A DNA stretch of 64,000 bases from Schizochytrium sp. TIO01 (taxonomy: Eukaryota > Protista > Bigyra: Labyrinthulomycetes). Shown here piece by piece: positions 9,796-21,642 of the stretch. The translations under genes were made by a program, and so were the position numbers. The notes beneath the pieces are model-generated. The model did no database searches. It was not told where the DNA came from and saw nothing but the letters and a program-made list of their open reading frames with translations. Each line of letters begins with the position of its first letter. Positions within the stretch are counted from its first letter, which is position 1. The stretch is from assembly GCA_004764695.1 (NCBI GenBank), contig SMSO01000014.1, positions 3,467,648 to 3,531,647 on the forward strand, written 5' to 3'.

Positions 9796-11317
9796 CTTGA
9801 TGGGTAAAGGCCGCGCCGAGCGACTCAAGCAAATTTGAGATCTTCGATCTTCTAAAGGTTTGGGTTTTGGATTCATTAGAAATAATATGTAGGTTGGTAT
9901 CTACCTACTGTGGTAATAGTAGCCTAAGATTGATTTTTCTTCTTTCCATGTCACAGTTTGCTCGCTTTGTGAGAGCAAAGCGAGGAATAGATACGCCAAA
10001 ACAGGAGATCTATCGAGGTACGATCTCGTGTCTGTCTAGAATCTCAAAATTGGAAAACAGTGAAGGTCAGCAACAGCATAAGCAAGTCTGTTGTCTGCTT
10101 AATCAATAGAATTGTTTTCTAGAGATCTCTGTACTGCTATCTATGACTGAACTCTTGCTCAAACCTCTACACTGCACATAAAATTGCGTCTTGCATGAGC
10201 TAGATTATCAGTCTAGACATTGCTGACTTAGAGGGCAGTTTTTCATCCTGAAAAAGGCCGTGTAGGTCATGTTCTGCACCCCAAAGAGCTGAATGCACTA
10301 GTTCTTTCAATGTATATTTAAAAAAAGAAAGAAAAAGGAAGAGAAGTCAGGACATTTGAGACGATAAGTGATTGGCATTTAATAAAAATCCCCTGAAGTT
10401 CGTAATGCTGTATATGTAAGGGGGACATCCTCTTCCATGTTAATAAATGTTGGTAGAAGATTTTATCATCAGTGCTGATGTTCTTTCTTACGCGAATTTT
10501 TATCAACAGACACATTCAAGGTACAACAACTACATGAGCTATCCTTCCCAGCATTGGATGTCCTGTCTAAGTTTAGAAAACAATTTGCTGACTTCATGTA
10601 TGCCTACAGGATTATTGCTTTTCTAATCTTCATATACATGCCAAAAAAGAGTGTATATATATATCCTTTAAACTGAGAACTAGTATTTCAAAGAAATCAA
10701 AACCTTTCTCGTCTAACACCTCCCTCACAACCGAGATTTGCATTCATGACCTCCTTGCATTTCTTTTAATGGATTGTTAAGACAGAATCCCAAATAACTT
10801 TCGGTACCATTTCGTTGATCTCGTAGGTACCTAGCTTCTGCGATATTTTTTTCCCATCGTATCTCTATTAGTCTCCTTATCAGGCGTCGTGCACTACTAA
10901 ACCTGTATTATTTCTTCTATCGCACACCTCTGGTAGTTAGCTAGCTAGCCCTTCACCAGAGTAAAATTATAATAGGCAGCTTATAGGAAAAGGGAACTAT
11001 ACTTAATTGTAAATATTCTTATAACCCATTTGTAGGGGATAAATCACTGTTTTCTATGGCTTTATTTCATTGTAGAGATCGCCGTTTACTTTACTTTGGC
11101 TTGGCTTCTGGTGTCGCGGTCGTTGTCGTTGTTGCCAAGGCGAAGACAATGCTTGATCACTCTTCGCCGCAAGCTCTCAAAGCTCTCAAAGCTCGCAAGC
11201 GGTAGCCCTTTGGGGGGGGGTGGAGAAAACGCTCACCCTCGCTCCTGGAGCGAGCTTGCGGAGTGTTCTGGAATTCAGTGGCAGGGACTGGAGCTCCGGC
11301 CTCTGTGGGTGTTGAAG

Positions 11318-14300
11318 ATGATGGCCTCAATGACTGCCACTAAGACCCCCGTGGTCCAGCTTTACGAAGAGACAAAAGCAGAGCTCAAAGCAATGGAGTA
11401 CTATGAATTTCTGGGCATGGAGTCGCTTGATTTGGTGCGAATCTTGCTCTCAGATCTTGTCATGACCACAGAGAGCCATGAAAAACAGCAGAAGAAAATT
11501 GAGATCTTGGAGCGAGATTTAGGCACAGCACAAGAGTCTGGATTCACGCTGCGAAGGGAAAATGCGCGGTTGGTGCGCGAGAATAACCAACTTCACATTG
11601 ACATGATTCGTAGAGCTGAAGAGCTCGATGAACGTGAGAGAGAATTGCAAGGTAAACTCCAGGATGCAAACGACCGAATTGCAGAAGCCAATTACAAATC
11701 GTCGCAATTTGAAAGCAAATTACACCAGTCCGAAAGAGCTCTGGCAATTGCAAGGGGAAACTCAGGCGAGCCTGGAACGCCTCGTGGAGATCTGACCGTG
11801 TCTAATTTTGATGGAGGTGTGGCCAACAACACTGTATTAAACGTAAAATCCACATCCGCATTCCAGCACGATAAGGAAAACAACGCGAATAATGGCAACA
11901 ATGTTTCTGTTTTGGAAAAACGACTTCAAGGGGTCTCAGAAGAAGCGAAGGAACTTCGTGAAAAATTAGCTCACGTCTCCAAGCAAGTAGAGCTTCGTGA
12001 TGCTGAGGTGATCCGTCTTGGCAAGGAGCTCGAACGCCGCGACTATGCTCCTGGCAGTGCGACACACGCAGAAAACCCTGCGTCGGAGCGCCCAGAGCCT
12101 GAACGCCAACTCCAGCAGTCTCGTCATGCAGACGAAAAGGTTATCGCTCAGCTATATGATCAGATTGACTTCCTTAACGCACAACTTCAAGACAAGGAAT
12201 CAAAAATGCAAAAAGCAAACATGGATAGCAAACTTCTTGAACAAGCTCGCATTGAGCTGCAGCGCAAGGATGCCGAACTGAAGAAAACCATGGAGAGGCT
12301 TGGTGACGCCGTCTCAGCTCAGGCAAAATCACAAGAAGAAAAAGATGTGGCTATCAAAGCAAGCCAAGAGGCGGCTCAAAATGCGGAGGCTTTCTTAATG
12401 AGCCCAGAGCGACTTGAAAATGCACTTTCGAATGCCAAGTCTAATGAGCTCGCAACACTTTTGGAGGCATACCGCGAGGATAAGTCACGTTTTGCTGCAA
12501 CTGTGCAACGTCTTGAGCAGCTCGCAACAGACCACAGGATGCGTGCCGAACAGCTCGAGCAAGAACTTCATGACCGAGTGTCACAACAGGTTAAGGCAGA
12601 GGAAAGCAGCAAAAAGGCTGAAGCCGAGCGTCAAAGACTCGAAGGGGAACTTGGAGACGCCCAGCGAGCTCTAGCAAAGCTTCATGATGCTCGTTTGTCT
12701 GCAGAGGAAACCTCGGCTGCAATGACTGGTGAAGTAGGCAGTCTTGAGTCACTTGTTGAAGACCAACGGGCTGATTTAGGAGCTCTTCGCGGTGAACTCG
12801 AGCGCATCCGAACAGCAGAACAAGAAACTATCTCGCAGCTTGAGCAGGCTCGTGCAGATCTGGCTCGCGTTGAGCGCGAGCGAGACTCTCTGCAAGATCG
12901 TCTACGACACTCGATCCTAAATACGGAGAGCTTGCACGATGAGCGCGATGCTTTGCAACGCTATGTGGACTCTGTTCTTAACGACTTGAAGAAAGAAAAA
13001 GTACTTGCTCAGGACATGAAGGCTGAGATTGATGGTGTGAAGTCTGATGCAGAACACTACCAAGGACGATGCCGCGTGCTCGAGGATGAAGTTCGATCGC
13101 TGACACAGAAACTCGTTTCTAAGTCAAAGGAACACTTGGAGGAAGCCGGATTTCGAGCCGAACTGGAGCAACTTTCTGATCTTCCAGGCATTGTCAAAGA
13201 ACTGGAAGAGCAGGTTGCACGCTGGAGATCAAGATCTGCCGATCTCGATGCAGAATCTAAACGTGTTGCACGGGCGCTGGATGCAGCCAATGCTGAAATC
13301 CGGGAAACCAATGAAGATCGCGAACAGCTTGAACGCACTATTTCAGATTTAAGGGCTGCTCGGGCGCAAGTGGACAGACAATTGCGGGATACACGTAATC
13401 AAGTGGAAGAACTTACTGTAAAGCTCGAATCAGTGACGGCAGATCGTGACAGCCTCGTCGCCTTGTCTAAGGCCTCTTCTGAGCAGCTGTCCCAGCGTTC
13501 TGCAGCCTCTGCAGCTGCGGACGTGGAACTTGATCGCTGTAAAATTGAATCCCAACGTGCCATTGCCAATGCTGAAGCTGCAGGTCGTCGCGAGGCAGTA
13601 TTGCGGGAGCAATTACAAAGTGCACGTGAAGGCCTCTCTCGTACAGAGACACAGATGATGACAGTGAAAGACTCGCTACAAGCAACTAAGGTGGAGCGCG
13701 ATAAACTTAAGGAAACCATGGCTTCTCTAGAGCGAGAGGTCGCAACGCTGCGTTCTGAAGAATGCAAATTAAATGAGGCGTTGCAAGCCTCAGAGCAGAA
13801 TGCTCGGGACCTAGCGGCTCAACTTGATACGGAGAGAGGGGAACGATCGAAACTGACTGCTCATCTTGAACAGTTCAAATCTGTATTCTCTAAACTAGAT
13901 GAGACAAGAGCAAATCTGCAGGATCGTGTAAGAGAGCTTCATACAGCGTTGCAGAAAGAAAAAGCAAATTATGCGGAGCTAGACAAGAAACAGAAGTCTA
14001 TTGAAGAAATTGCACGTGCAGCTACGGAAAAACGCGGGCACCTTGAACGAGCCCTCAAGGACGCCAACGAAGCTAACGAGCGACTTTTGGCACAACTGGA
14101 CTCCAAGGGAAAGGCAAATTTCGAGCTTGAGAGCGCAGTTAACAAACAAGAATTAACATATCGTGAGCTTGAACAACGCCTTGGAGCTGCAAAACGTCAA
14201 CTTTATGTTCAGTCACAGGCTCTGGAGAGCCGTGACAATGATTTGCAAGAAACGCTCGACGAGGTTGCAGCTGCTAAACGCACGATTGCTCATCTAGAGC

Positions 14301-16033
14301 AGATGTGCAAAGCTCGCAGCAGCGAACTGAAAGCTGCTGCTCAAGATCTTGCGAACATGACTCGTGAGAACCAAGCTGTTAATTCTTCTTGCCAGACGCT
14401 TCGAGTCGAGCGTGACCAGCTTCGCGTTCAACTCAGCGAAGCCCTTGCACGCGCTTCTCGTATGGATGGCCTTTTGGAGAGTGGGAAGCTTGAAAAGGCA
14501 GACCTACTCAATGTATACAGACGTTCTTGCGATGAGAACGCTCGACTCAAACGTCTTGTGCAAGAGCTCAGCACATCCCGCGCCAAAGTGGTTGGTGAAA
14601 ATCAAGCCCAGCAAGCCGATACCTCTAGACTAAGGCAGCGTCTTGCAGAGTCTGAGGAAGCCGTTCGTAAGCAACAGGTTGATCTCCAAGCTTATGAGCG
14701 CCAAGTAGCGGACATCTCACGCCAGATGCATGCAATTAAGTCCCGTCTGGATCTCACTGAGGAAGAGAAATCTTTCGCAGAACGAACCGCAACCTCAGCT
14801 CGAGAAAGTACGGCAAGTATGGCACACCGAGAACAGACACTCAAATGGCAACTTGCTCAACAACAAGCTGAAATTGATAAGCTCACGTTGCGGATTTCGA
14901 AACTTGCTGCTGACAACGAAGCTTTACACACACAACTTTTACAGGAGCGTCGGCGTTATCAAGATCTTGAGCTGGTGGTAACAAAGGCGAGGGCAGCTCA
15001 AGCTCAGGCATCCTTAGCTGAGAAAGCTCGAGCTGAAGAGCTTCACAGCTTGCGTAATACCTTACTCGACCGTGAAGTTGAAGCAGAACGTTCATTTGCG
15101 TCTACTGGAGGCGAAAGCCACCAATCTGCTACCTCACAGTCCACACGCCCACTACATTTGGGACACACTAGCCAGCAAGGTAAACCTAGAAAAGGTAGCC
15201 ATAATGTAATTTTCGAAGACAATGAGGACATGATTGAAGAGAATAGTCAAGTCCTTTCGCCTACTGATAGAAAAACCAGCTGGGCTGTGCAAGGGAAGCA
15301 AGGGATAGACAAAGGTACAATAGCGCCTCCAAGTACACCAACTAAGAGTGTGGACCATCAGTCTGAACTGCCAACGCAGACCCGTTCTCCTCCTGTATCT
15401 TCAATTACGGCACCTACAAATATGTCGTCTACTTCAGGACCTCGTTCAGAGAAAGATTCTTCCGATCCTGCGAATACAAGTCCTCAAAAGCCTCATACAA
15501 ATCCTACGAGCCAGTCACGACTTCGTCAAGAGACACCAAAGACGCCACCTCCGATAAATAGGTCTCACGGTGCTACACAGTCTGAAAGGACCAACCCACA
15601 TACGGTGGGCACACCTCCGTCGTCAGCTGGCTCAAGGCAATCTAAAAATGAAGCACGCGCTCGTCCTAGCAGAACATCTTTTGAACTGGAGTCTTCAGCA
15701 GATGCACATCTAGGGTATCATTCGGCCTCACACAATGACGCAGCTGTGCCTTCCTCGCCATACAGTCATGCCAGCTCTAGTGAACTGGACCATATGACCA
15801 GCGAGCTGGAGGCTCTCATTTCTGACCAATCTGACATTATTCGACGAATTCAACAAGATCGTCGTGCATTTGGACAAGTAACAGCAGAAGTCCGCCAAGA
15901 CCTGGAGACCTCGCGGTCAAGGGCTTCTATATTGGCTTCTCAAACCCGCCACGATATGATGCTTGACGAGGCCCCAAGCCTTGAAGATATTGGAGCTGCT
16001 AAGCCAGGCACACCAGATTCACCCTTTGCATAA
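11318..16033 (+). CDS. CEP135: Centrosomal protein CEP135/Bld10-like
   Basis: The N-terminus LKAMEYYEFLGMESLDLVRILLSDLVMTTES...ENARLVRENNQLH resembles the conserved CEP135/Bld10 head. About 1200 aa of coiled coil and an S/P/T-rich tail follow. The first ATG is at 11318; the track's 11096 start is TTG. Confidence 0.85.
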   Translation: MMASMTATKTPVVQLYEETKAELKAMEYYEFLGMESLDLVRILLSDLVMTTESHEKQQKKIEILERDLGTAQESGFTLRRENARLVRENNQLHIDMIRRAEELDERERELQGKLQDANDRIAEANYKSSQFESKLHQSERALAIARGNSGEPGTPRGDLTVSNFDGGVANNTVLNVKSTSAFQHDKENNANNGNNVSVLEKRLQGVSEEAKELREKLAHVSKQVELRDAEVIRLGKELERRDYAPGSATHAENPASERPEPERQLQQSRHADEKVIAQLYDQIDFLNAQLQDKESKMQKANMDSKLLEQARIELQRKDAELKKTMERLGDAVSAQAKSQEEKDVAIKASQEAAQNAEAFLMSPERLENALSNAKSNELATLLEAYREDKSRFAATVQRLEQLATDHRMRAEQLEQELHDRVSQQVKAEESSKKAEAERQRLEGELGDAQRALAKLHDARLSAEETSAAMTGEVGSLESLVEDQRADLGALRGELERIRTAEQETISQLEQARADLARVERERDSLQDRLRHSILNTESLHDERDALQRYVDSVLNDLKKEKVLAQDMKAEIDGVKSDAEHYQGRCRVLEDEVRSLTQKLVSKSKEHLEEAGFRAELEQLSDLPGIVKELEEQVARWRSRSADLDAESKRVARALDAANAEIRETNEDREQLERTISDLRAARAQVDRQLRDTRNQVEELTVKLESVTADRDSLVALSKASSEQLSQRSAASAAADVELDRCKIESQRAIANAEAAGRREAVLREQLQSAREGLSRTETQMMTVKDSLQATKVERDKLKETMASLEREVATLRSEECKLNEALQASEQNARDLAAQLDTERGERSKLTAHLEQFKSVFSKLDETRANLQDRVRELHTALQKEKANYAELDKKQKSIEEIARAATEKRGHLERALKDANEANERLLAQLDSKGKANFELESAVNKQELTYRELEQRLGAAKRQLYVQSQALESRDNDLQETLDEVAAAKRTIAHLEQMCKARSSELKAAAQDLANMTRENQAVNSSCQTLRVERDQLRVQLSEALARASRMDGLLESGKLEKADLLNVYRRSCDENARLKRLVQELSTSRAKVVGENQAQQADTSRLRQRLAESEEAVRKQQVDLQAYERQVADISRQMHAIKSRLDLTEEEKSFAERTATSARESTASMAHREQTLKWQLAQQQAEIDKLTLRISKLAADNEALHTQLLQERRRYQDLELVVTKARAAQAQASLAEKARAEELHSLRNTLLDREVEAERSFASTGGESHQSATSQSTRPLHLGHTSQQGKPRKGSHNVIFEDNEDMIEENSQVLSPTDRKTSWAVQGKQGIDKGTIAPPSTPTKSVDHQSELPTQTRSPPVSSITAPTNMSSTSGPRSEKDSSDPANTSPQKPHTNPTSQSRLRQETPKTPPPINRSHGATQSERTNPHTVGTPPSSAGSRQSKNEARARPSRTSFELESSADAHLGYHSASHNDAAVPSSPYSHASSSELDHMTSELEALISDQSDIIRRIQQDRRAFGQVTAEVRQDLETSRSRASILASQTRHDMMLDEAPSLEDIGAAKPGTPDSPFA

Positions 16034-17414
16034 TCATTTTCATTTCTCCCTGTGATTTTCTAACTTATAAGGCAGCTTTTCTGTTCTTACATGTCAGTGG
16101 AAACGAAATCCATCCATACACTCACCAGAGCTGAGTCGTACATTTTCCTTGAAAAAATAAAAATTCTGATTAGCATTTTATCCTAATCTGAGCGCAAGCA
16201 CGAATAATTCTTGTCAGGAGCACTCCAGCATGTCAATCATAGTGTTCTGAAGGCTCGAACCCCACAGACTCCTTAAATGAAGACTCTTAGGTATCCTATC
16301 TCACTTGTATTTGCATTTGGCATTAGATAACACATAAGCATAATGTCGTGTCCACAACGTCCCTCTAAAATGGAAGCGTCATAGTAATAATATAGCGCAT
16401 CGTGTCCAGCAGTTCTAGGTTAAAGTCCTAGATATCCGGTCCAGCTCAGGCTACAGTGCGCTACCGGTGTATTGAGAAAAGAGGCTGTCCTATTACGTTT
16501 TATTTTCGGGTCCCTCTACCCCTTCACTCCTTCACTTTTCACCCTGACCCACTTTAAAACATGGTTAGGAAGATTGACACAAATACTCTGAAGAAGTGGA
16601 TGACGAGACGCTCTCAGGAGCCTTCTATGACGAACAGAATCTATTTTGGCAACAGAACGAAAATTCCTTGCCTAGATTGCACCTGTATACTCATTATGTG
16701 ATACCCAATTACAAAGCTACGACCCTGAACTTGGTGCTCTACTAGGTCTGTTTCCAATTTGAGTTTCATTCATGCAGAGCTTAAGCTTAAACTTTATTGA
16801 ACTCGTATTGCAAGTTGTCCCCATTCATAGTACAATAGAGCGGCGCACACCCTTTCCAACTTCTCACTTGTCATCAAGGGGGATCTTTCTAGCTATTCCT
16901 ACTTAGCCAGTGCTACTTCCTGTTAATTACTCGTAAAGACTTACTACTAGCACTACTTGCAACCAGAAAATGTCCTCAGCTGCTGATTCAACTTCAAAAA
17001 TCGTAATGACCAGCTTGGACAACTCCACACAGGAGACATTTTGAGTAGAATTGGTGATTGTTCGGGTGAGGCGCTCTGCTTCGCGATGTAAATATACTAT
17101 TTACGCTACTTAGAAGGACATTTTTCTTTTTTTCTTTTTCATACATTTTAGTTGCAATCAAGCTGATTGTTAGCTTGTAAAAACACAAGTTGGGCGCGCG
17201 CTGGGGCTTGCGATCAATTACTCAATTAAGCCGGTGAATGGCCCATTGGGCTCAAGCAAATCCGGTTGTAGCCTCGCAGTCACAGTCAGGGAGTCTTTTG
17301 CACCTCTCTGGTGGTATACGGTATAGGAAAAGTTAAAGTGGCAAGTGTTCTAAGTACTAGCACGTGCAGAATTAAAAGCTTGTTGTGCACTCATTGCATT
17401 GGCAACAGAGAGCG

Positions 17415-17472
17415 AACGACAACGACAACGATAACGACAACGACACCGACACCGACACCGACAACGATAACG
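17415..17472 (+). repeat. Degenerate hexamer microsatellite (ACAACG/ACACCG/ATAACG)n
   Basis: Directly visible upstream of the 17786 gene. Confidence 0.85.
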
Positions 17473-17785
17473 AAGGAGAAGCGACGGCCTAAGAAGCCGT
17501 ACTTGCTTGAGCTTGCTTTAAGGATCGTGGAAGAAACCCTTGCAGCGAAGGAACTGCTGATTACTTTGCTGATATCGTCTCGCTGGAGCCTAGTAGGTTT
17601 GACGGGGTAAGAAAGCATATTGTGCATAGGAAGTTAGAAAGTTTAGAGTTCTCCGCTCAGCATTCTGTACAAGGATTATAAGAAGCCTGCAGATCAGCCC
17701 CCCTTGCACCCAATTAGACAGGTTTCTCTGCGCAAATTTATTCAGCGTTATTCATATTCATAGAACGTGTCTCAAATTGAAGAGC

Positions 17786-18817
17786 ATGTCAGCAACAGAG
17801 AGAAGATCCTCGCAGGATAGTAGAAGAAGTAAAAGAACATCTACAAATAGCTCCCGACGGTCATCGAGTTCGTCGGCCACTGAAGAGCCTGCTCATCGAG
17901 TAAGGTTTCATTCTTCAAAGAGCCTAGTTACTGTAAAACGATTGCCTTGTAAAGAAGCTGACTTTGCTCTTGAATCGCGAAAAGGAACATGGGAACCGGC
18001 TCCTGAGGATGATTTTTTCTGGGATGGAGAAGAACGGTGCTTTCGCGAACATGAGCTTAGTACTGATGAGCTTGCAGAGGTTCTTAAATCACGACGCAAA
18101 AAACGGGGCATGAGTCTTGGTAGACTCTTTGGACGCCCAAACTATAAGGCTAGGGCGCGGAAGATGTTAGCAGAAGAGGGCAGTTATCAGGATCCGTATG
18201 CTTATCTGGATGAGCAAGAAGCGAATAAACTTGCTCGAATTGATGAAGGTGCTAACGAGTACACAGATGAACCTACAGACCATTCCCATGGAGAGGAAAG
18301 TGAAAATAGCGACGATGATTCTGATGTCCTCTTTGCAGAACGATCTCTACCAGCTATGGATCTTATGCCTCCACGGAGCTCTATAAGACATCCCCGTCCA
18401 TTGAAGCCAAAACGGCGAGCATCAAAAAGAAGCTCAAAACAAGCTACCAGAAGGCATTCGAACAGCACTGGCAGTGATCTTCCCCAGCCTGCAGAACCCA
18501 CTTTAAGCCGAGCTCGCGGGCTCAGCACTCACCGTGATTCCATGTTTAATATTCGCCGGAGGCAATTCCTTCGCGATCTTACTGAGCAGGAAATTATGGC
18601 GATTCTTGTGTCAATGATTGGAATGATCTGTTTTCTAATTGGTGTGTTGTTAGGAGCTCTTACAGGTTCGTTCAAAAAGCCTCTACTCTCGGTCCTTATT
18701 CTTTTTATTCCTTTAGCGGGGGCTGTTCCATTTTTGTTGCAGCGCATTCCTCAAGAAATGAAAAGTAGATTGCGGCGAACTCTCGTGGATTGGGTTGTGC
18801 CAGTGCCTATAGATTAG
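17786..18817 (+). CDS. Hypothetical S/R-rich protein with two C-terminal TM helices
   Basis: ATG at 17786 gives 343 aa. It has two hydrophobic stretches (IMAILVSMIGMICFLIGVLLGAL; LLSVLILFIPLAGAVPFLL) and an RVRF motif near the N-terminus. Confidence 0.75.
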   Translation: MSATERRSSQDSRRSKRTSTNSSRRSSSSSATEEPAHRVRFHSSKSLVTVKRLPCKEADFALESRKGTWEPAPEDDFFWDGEERCFREHELSTDELAEVLKSRRKKRGMSLGRLFGRPNYKARARKMLAEEGSYQDPYAYLDEQEANKLARIDEGANEYTDEPTDHSHGEESENSDDDSDVLFAERSLPAMDLMPPRSSIRHPRPLKPKRRASKRSSKQATRRHSNSTGSDLPQPAEPTLSRARGLSTHRDSMFNIRRRQFLRDLTEQEIMAILVSMIGMICFLIGVLLGALTGSFKKPLLSVLILFIPLAGAVPFLLQRIPQEMKSRLRRTLVDWVVPVPID

Positions 18818-19754
18818 GTCTCATTGCTATTGTTGGGTCATGTCTATTTGTAAAAATCAATATTTTCACATACGTAGCGAAGGTCTAACTGATCAAGGTT
18901 GGTTCCACACTCGCATCAGAAAGCTAGTCAAACAAATACTTGTTGTTTCTTTCCATAATCAAATCTAGCGCTCACGTTTTATAAAAAAAAATATGTATCC
19001 AATCTCTACCTATACCCATGATGCCTACATATACATAGCTTAGGTAGTTCGAACATTTACATAAAATACCTCTAAATTCATTTTTGTCAGAACCATAGCA
19101 CCGTTGTAAGAAAAGAAAACTTCTCTTCTATCACATTGAGGTTGAGGGTGACATGATTTAACTTAGGAGTATAACAGATATAATCATTCATAGATAGGAG
19201 CGAAATGAACAAACACTACATCCTACTATCTAGTAAAGGAAACTTTGGACGAGATCGACGGGGAACCCTACTTTAAAGAAGATTTCTCGTTTTCATAATA
19301 GATAGGTTGTCCGTTCTTTCAAGCAAATATCAACGGTGAAACGTCAGAAGATATTCCCGTCCCAATTTGAAGTCTTGGACAGCGAGTATTATTTTGCACC
19401 CTATCTTTCTTCGAAGAGGATGCTCAAACTTAGAGTTCACGCTTGAAACGACGGAAGGAGAACAACTCTATAATAAGGTTAGGTAATATATACCTAGGTT
19501 CTACATATGATAGATAGTCAAGAAAGGAAAAGGATCAAAGGTCCACTTGAAACAAAGCAAAGCAGAAAGTCTTCATACGGCATTTCTGTGGCGTGTCCTG
19601 CGCTGGGCGCGCCTCCTTCAAGTGAGACGAAGGGCCTCCTCAGCTTCGTTTGCTTCTTGTGGAGCTTCGAAGTTCGTTTGAATCATACGTTGGTGATATT
19701 TGAGCCGCGAGAGTACGGTATCTTTTAACAGCAGCTTCAACATCCCAGAAGAAA

Positions 19755-21642
19755 ATGTCATCGTCAGCTCGGTTTATGCTCCAACTGAGTGTACTTGTAG
19801 CTGTCCGCAGCTTGAGTGCGCAGTTGAGTCCAATTATGGACTGCGATGAGACTTTTAATTATTGGGAGCCTTTACACTATCTCTTTTATGGCAGAGGTCT
19901 GCAAACTTGGGAGTAAGTTGAGATTTGATGTGGACACCGACGAGTTCATCTAAGTTGCTTAGCAAGCACAATATTTCTGCGCGTTCTTTACATTGATGCA
20001 CTGCCCTCGTATAAATTTCTTGATAAAGCACATTATGGATGACTGTTGCAGGGAACACCATCTTGATGCTTTGAAATGTCTGAATTTGGATAGCTGACTA
20101 ACACAACTCGCATATTTTTGCGGCAAATTAAATCTGCACAGGTACAGCCCTGAATTTGCTCTTCGAACGTATGTTTACCCAATGTTGAATGGATTATTTG
20201 GAGCACCATTGTACTTGAAACATCAGGGCGAAGAAATTGATAAGGAGGCGGTCTTTTTTACAATTCGAGCTGGGCTTGGCGTTGCCTCCGCATTGGGAGA
20301 AGCACTCTTTTGCGATGCAGCAAATACACGATTTGGCCCACGTGTGTCATATTTAACCTTTTTGTTTCTTGCAACCAATGCTGGTATGTTTCACGCAAGC
20401 GTAGCTCTCTTGCCAAGCTCTGCCTGTATGCTCATGGTTCTGTATGGTTTTGCGGCTTGGCTTTCGGAACGGCATCTCCTCGGTCTTTTCTGTGGCGCTT
20501 TTGCAGTGATTGTCTGTTGGCCATTTTCAGCGCTTATGTTTGTGCCTATGGGGTTACACGCGCTGTATGTCCGCGGTTTTTTGCGTGTGTTTGGCGTTGC
20601 TGTCGTATCCCTCTTAATTTTCGCGGGCGTGCCAATAGTAGTCGATACAAATCTATATGGTAAGCCAACATTTGCAATTCTCAATCTAGTATTGTACAAT
20701 GCTCTCGGGCAAGGCGGGGATGGCCAAGGTGCAAACCTTTATGGGACCGAGCCTTGGAGTTTCTACCTTCGTAACCTTATTCTGAATATGAATGTGGTTG
20801 CCCTTTTAGCTTTTATCGCTCCTCTTGCGATCATCGTTCTTTGGCCTTACCAATCAATCCCCAAACCTTGCCCAACAGATTACCGTATGGCACTCATGTA
20901 TCTTCTTCCTGGAATGGCAACTTTGAGCCTCTTTACCGTAATGGCGCACAAAGAGGAGCGCTTTCTTTCCATGATCTATCCAATTCTTTGTCTTGGTGCT
21001 GCTTTAACATATCATCTTGTTCTCGAGTTTTTGACCATGGTGGTGCCAAAGAAAATCATATGTGGGAGACGTATATTACGCCTGTGCTGGGTATGGTTAG
21101 TTTTGATCAGTTGCGTTGTCTCAGTCTCAAGGAGTGTAGGTCTTTACGTAAACTTCTATGCGCCGCTTCGTGTTTACAGTGCGTTACATGGACAAGAGCT
21201 TTCTTTACAAAGAACCACAAATGTTTGCGTTGGAAAGGAATGGTATCGCTTTCCCTCTACGTTCTTCCTGCCCCCACGAACACGGGTTGCATGGGTACGT
21301 AATTCGTTTCAAGGTATCATGCCACAGGATTTCACACCCTGGCCTCAAGGTAGCAAAGAAATTCACGCCCATTTTAACGACAAAAATATGGACGAAGCAT
21401 CAGCATATATCGATGTTAAAGACTGCGACTTTGCAGTTGATCTTGCTGTAGGTGATGACTTCGGCACACTAGGTGATTGGTCACAGGGTGACGTATCGCG
21501 TTGGGAAAAGATTTTTTGCACAACCTTCATGGATACCAGCCGGTCACCTGCCTATATTCGTTCATTTTACATTCCCCGCTTCTCAGAAAGACGTAATGTT
21601 TATGCAGAGTTTTGCCTATTGAAGGCCAAAACGCTTCACTAA
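19755..21642 (+). CDS. ALG9: Alpha-1,2-mannosyltransferase ALG9 (GT22); join(19755..19912,20142..21642), 552 aa
   Basis: Exon 1, missed by the ORF track, encodes IMDCDETFNYWEPLHYLFYGRGLQTW. Splicing restores WEYSPEFALR. Downstream motifs LPSS, GTEPWSFY, HKEERF and VCVGKEWYRFPSTFFLP are present. Confidence 0.93.
19913..20141 (+). other. GT-AG intron of ALG9 (229 nt)
   Basis: Donor GA|GTAAGT, branch-like GACTAAC at 20096-20102, acceptor CACAG|G. Removal restores the conserved TWEYSP motif in frame. Confidence 0.92.

Noticed and set aside
11096-11317. 74-aa N-terminal extension of CEP135
   Set aside because: It starts at TTG, and CEP135 similarity begins just after ATG 11318. Probably 5'UTR.
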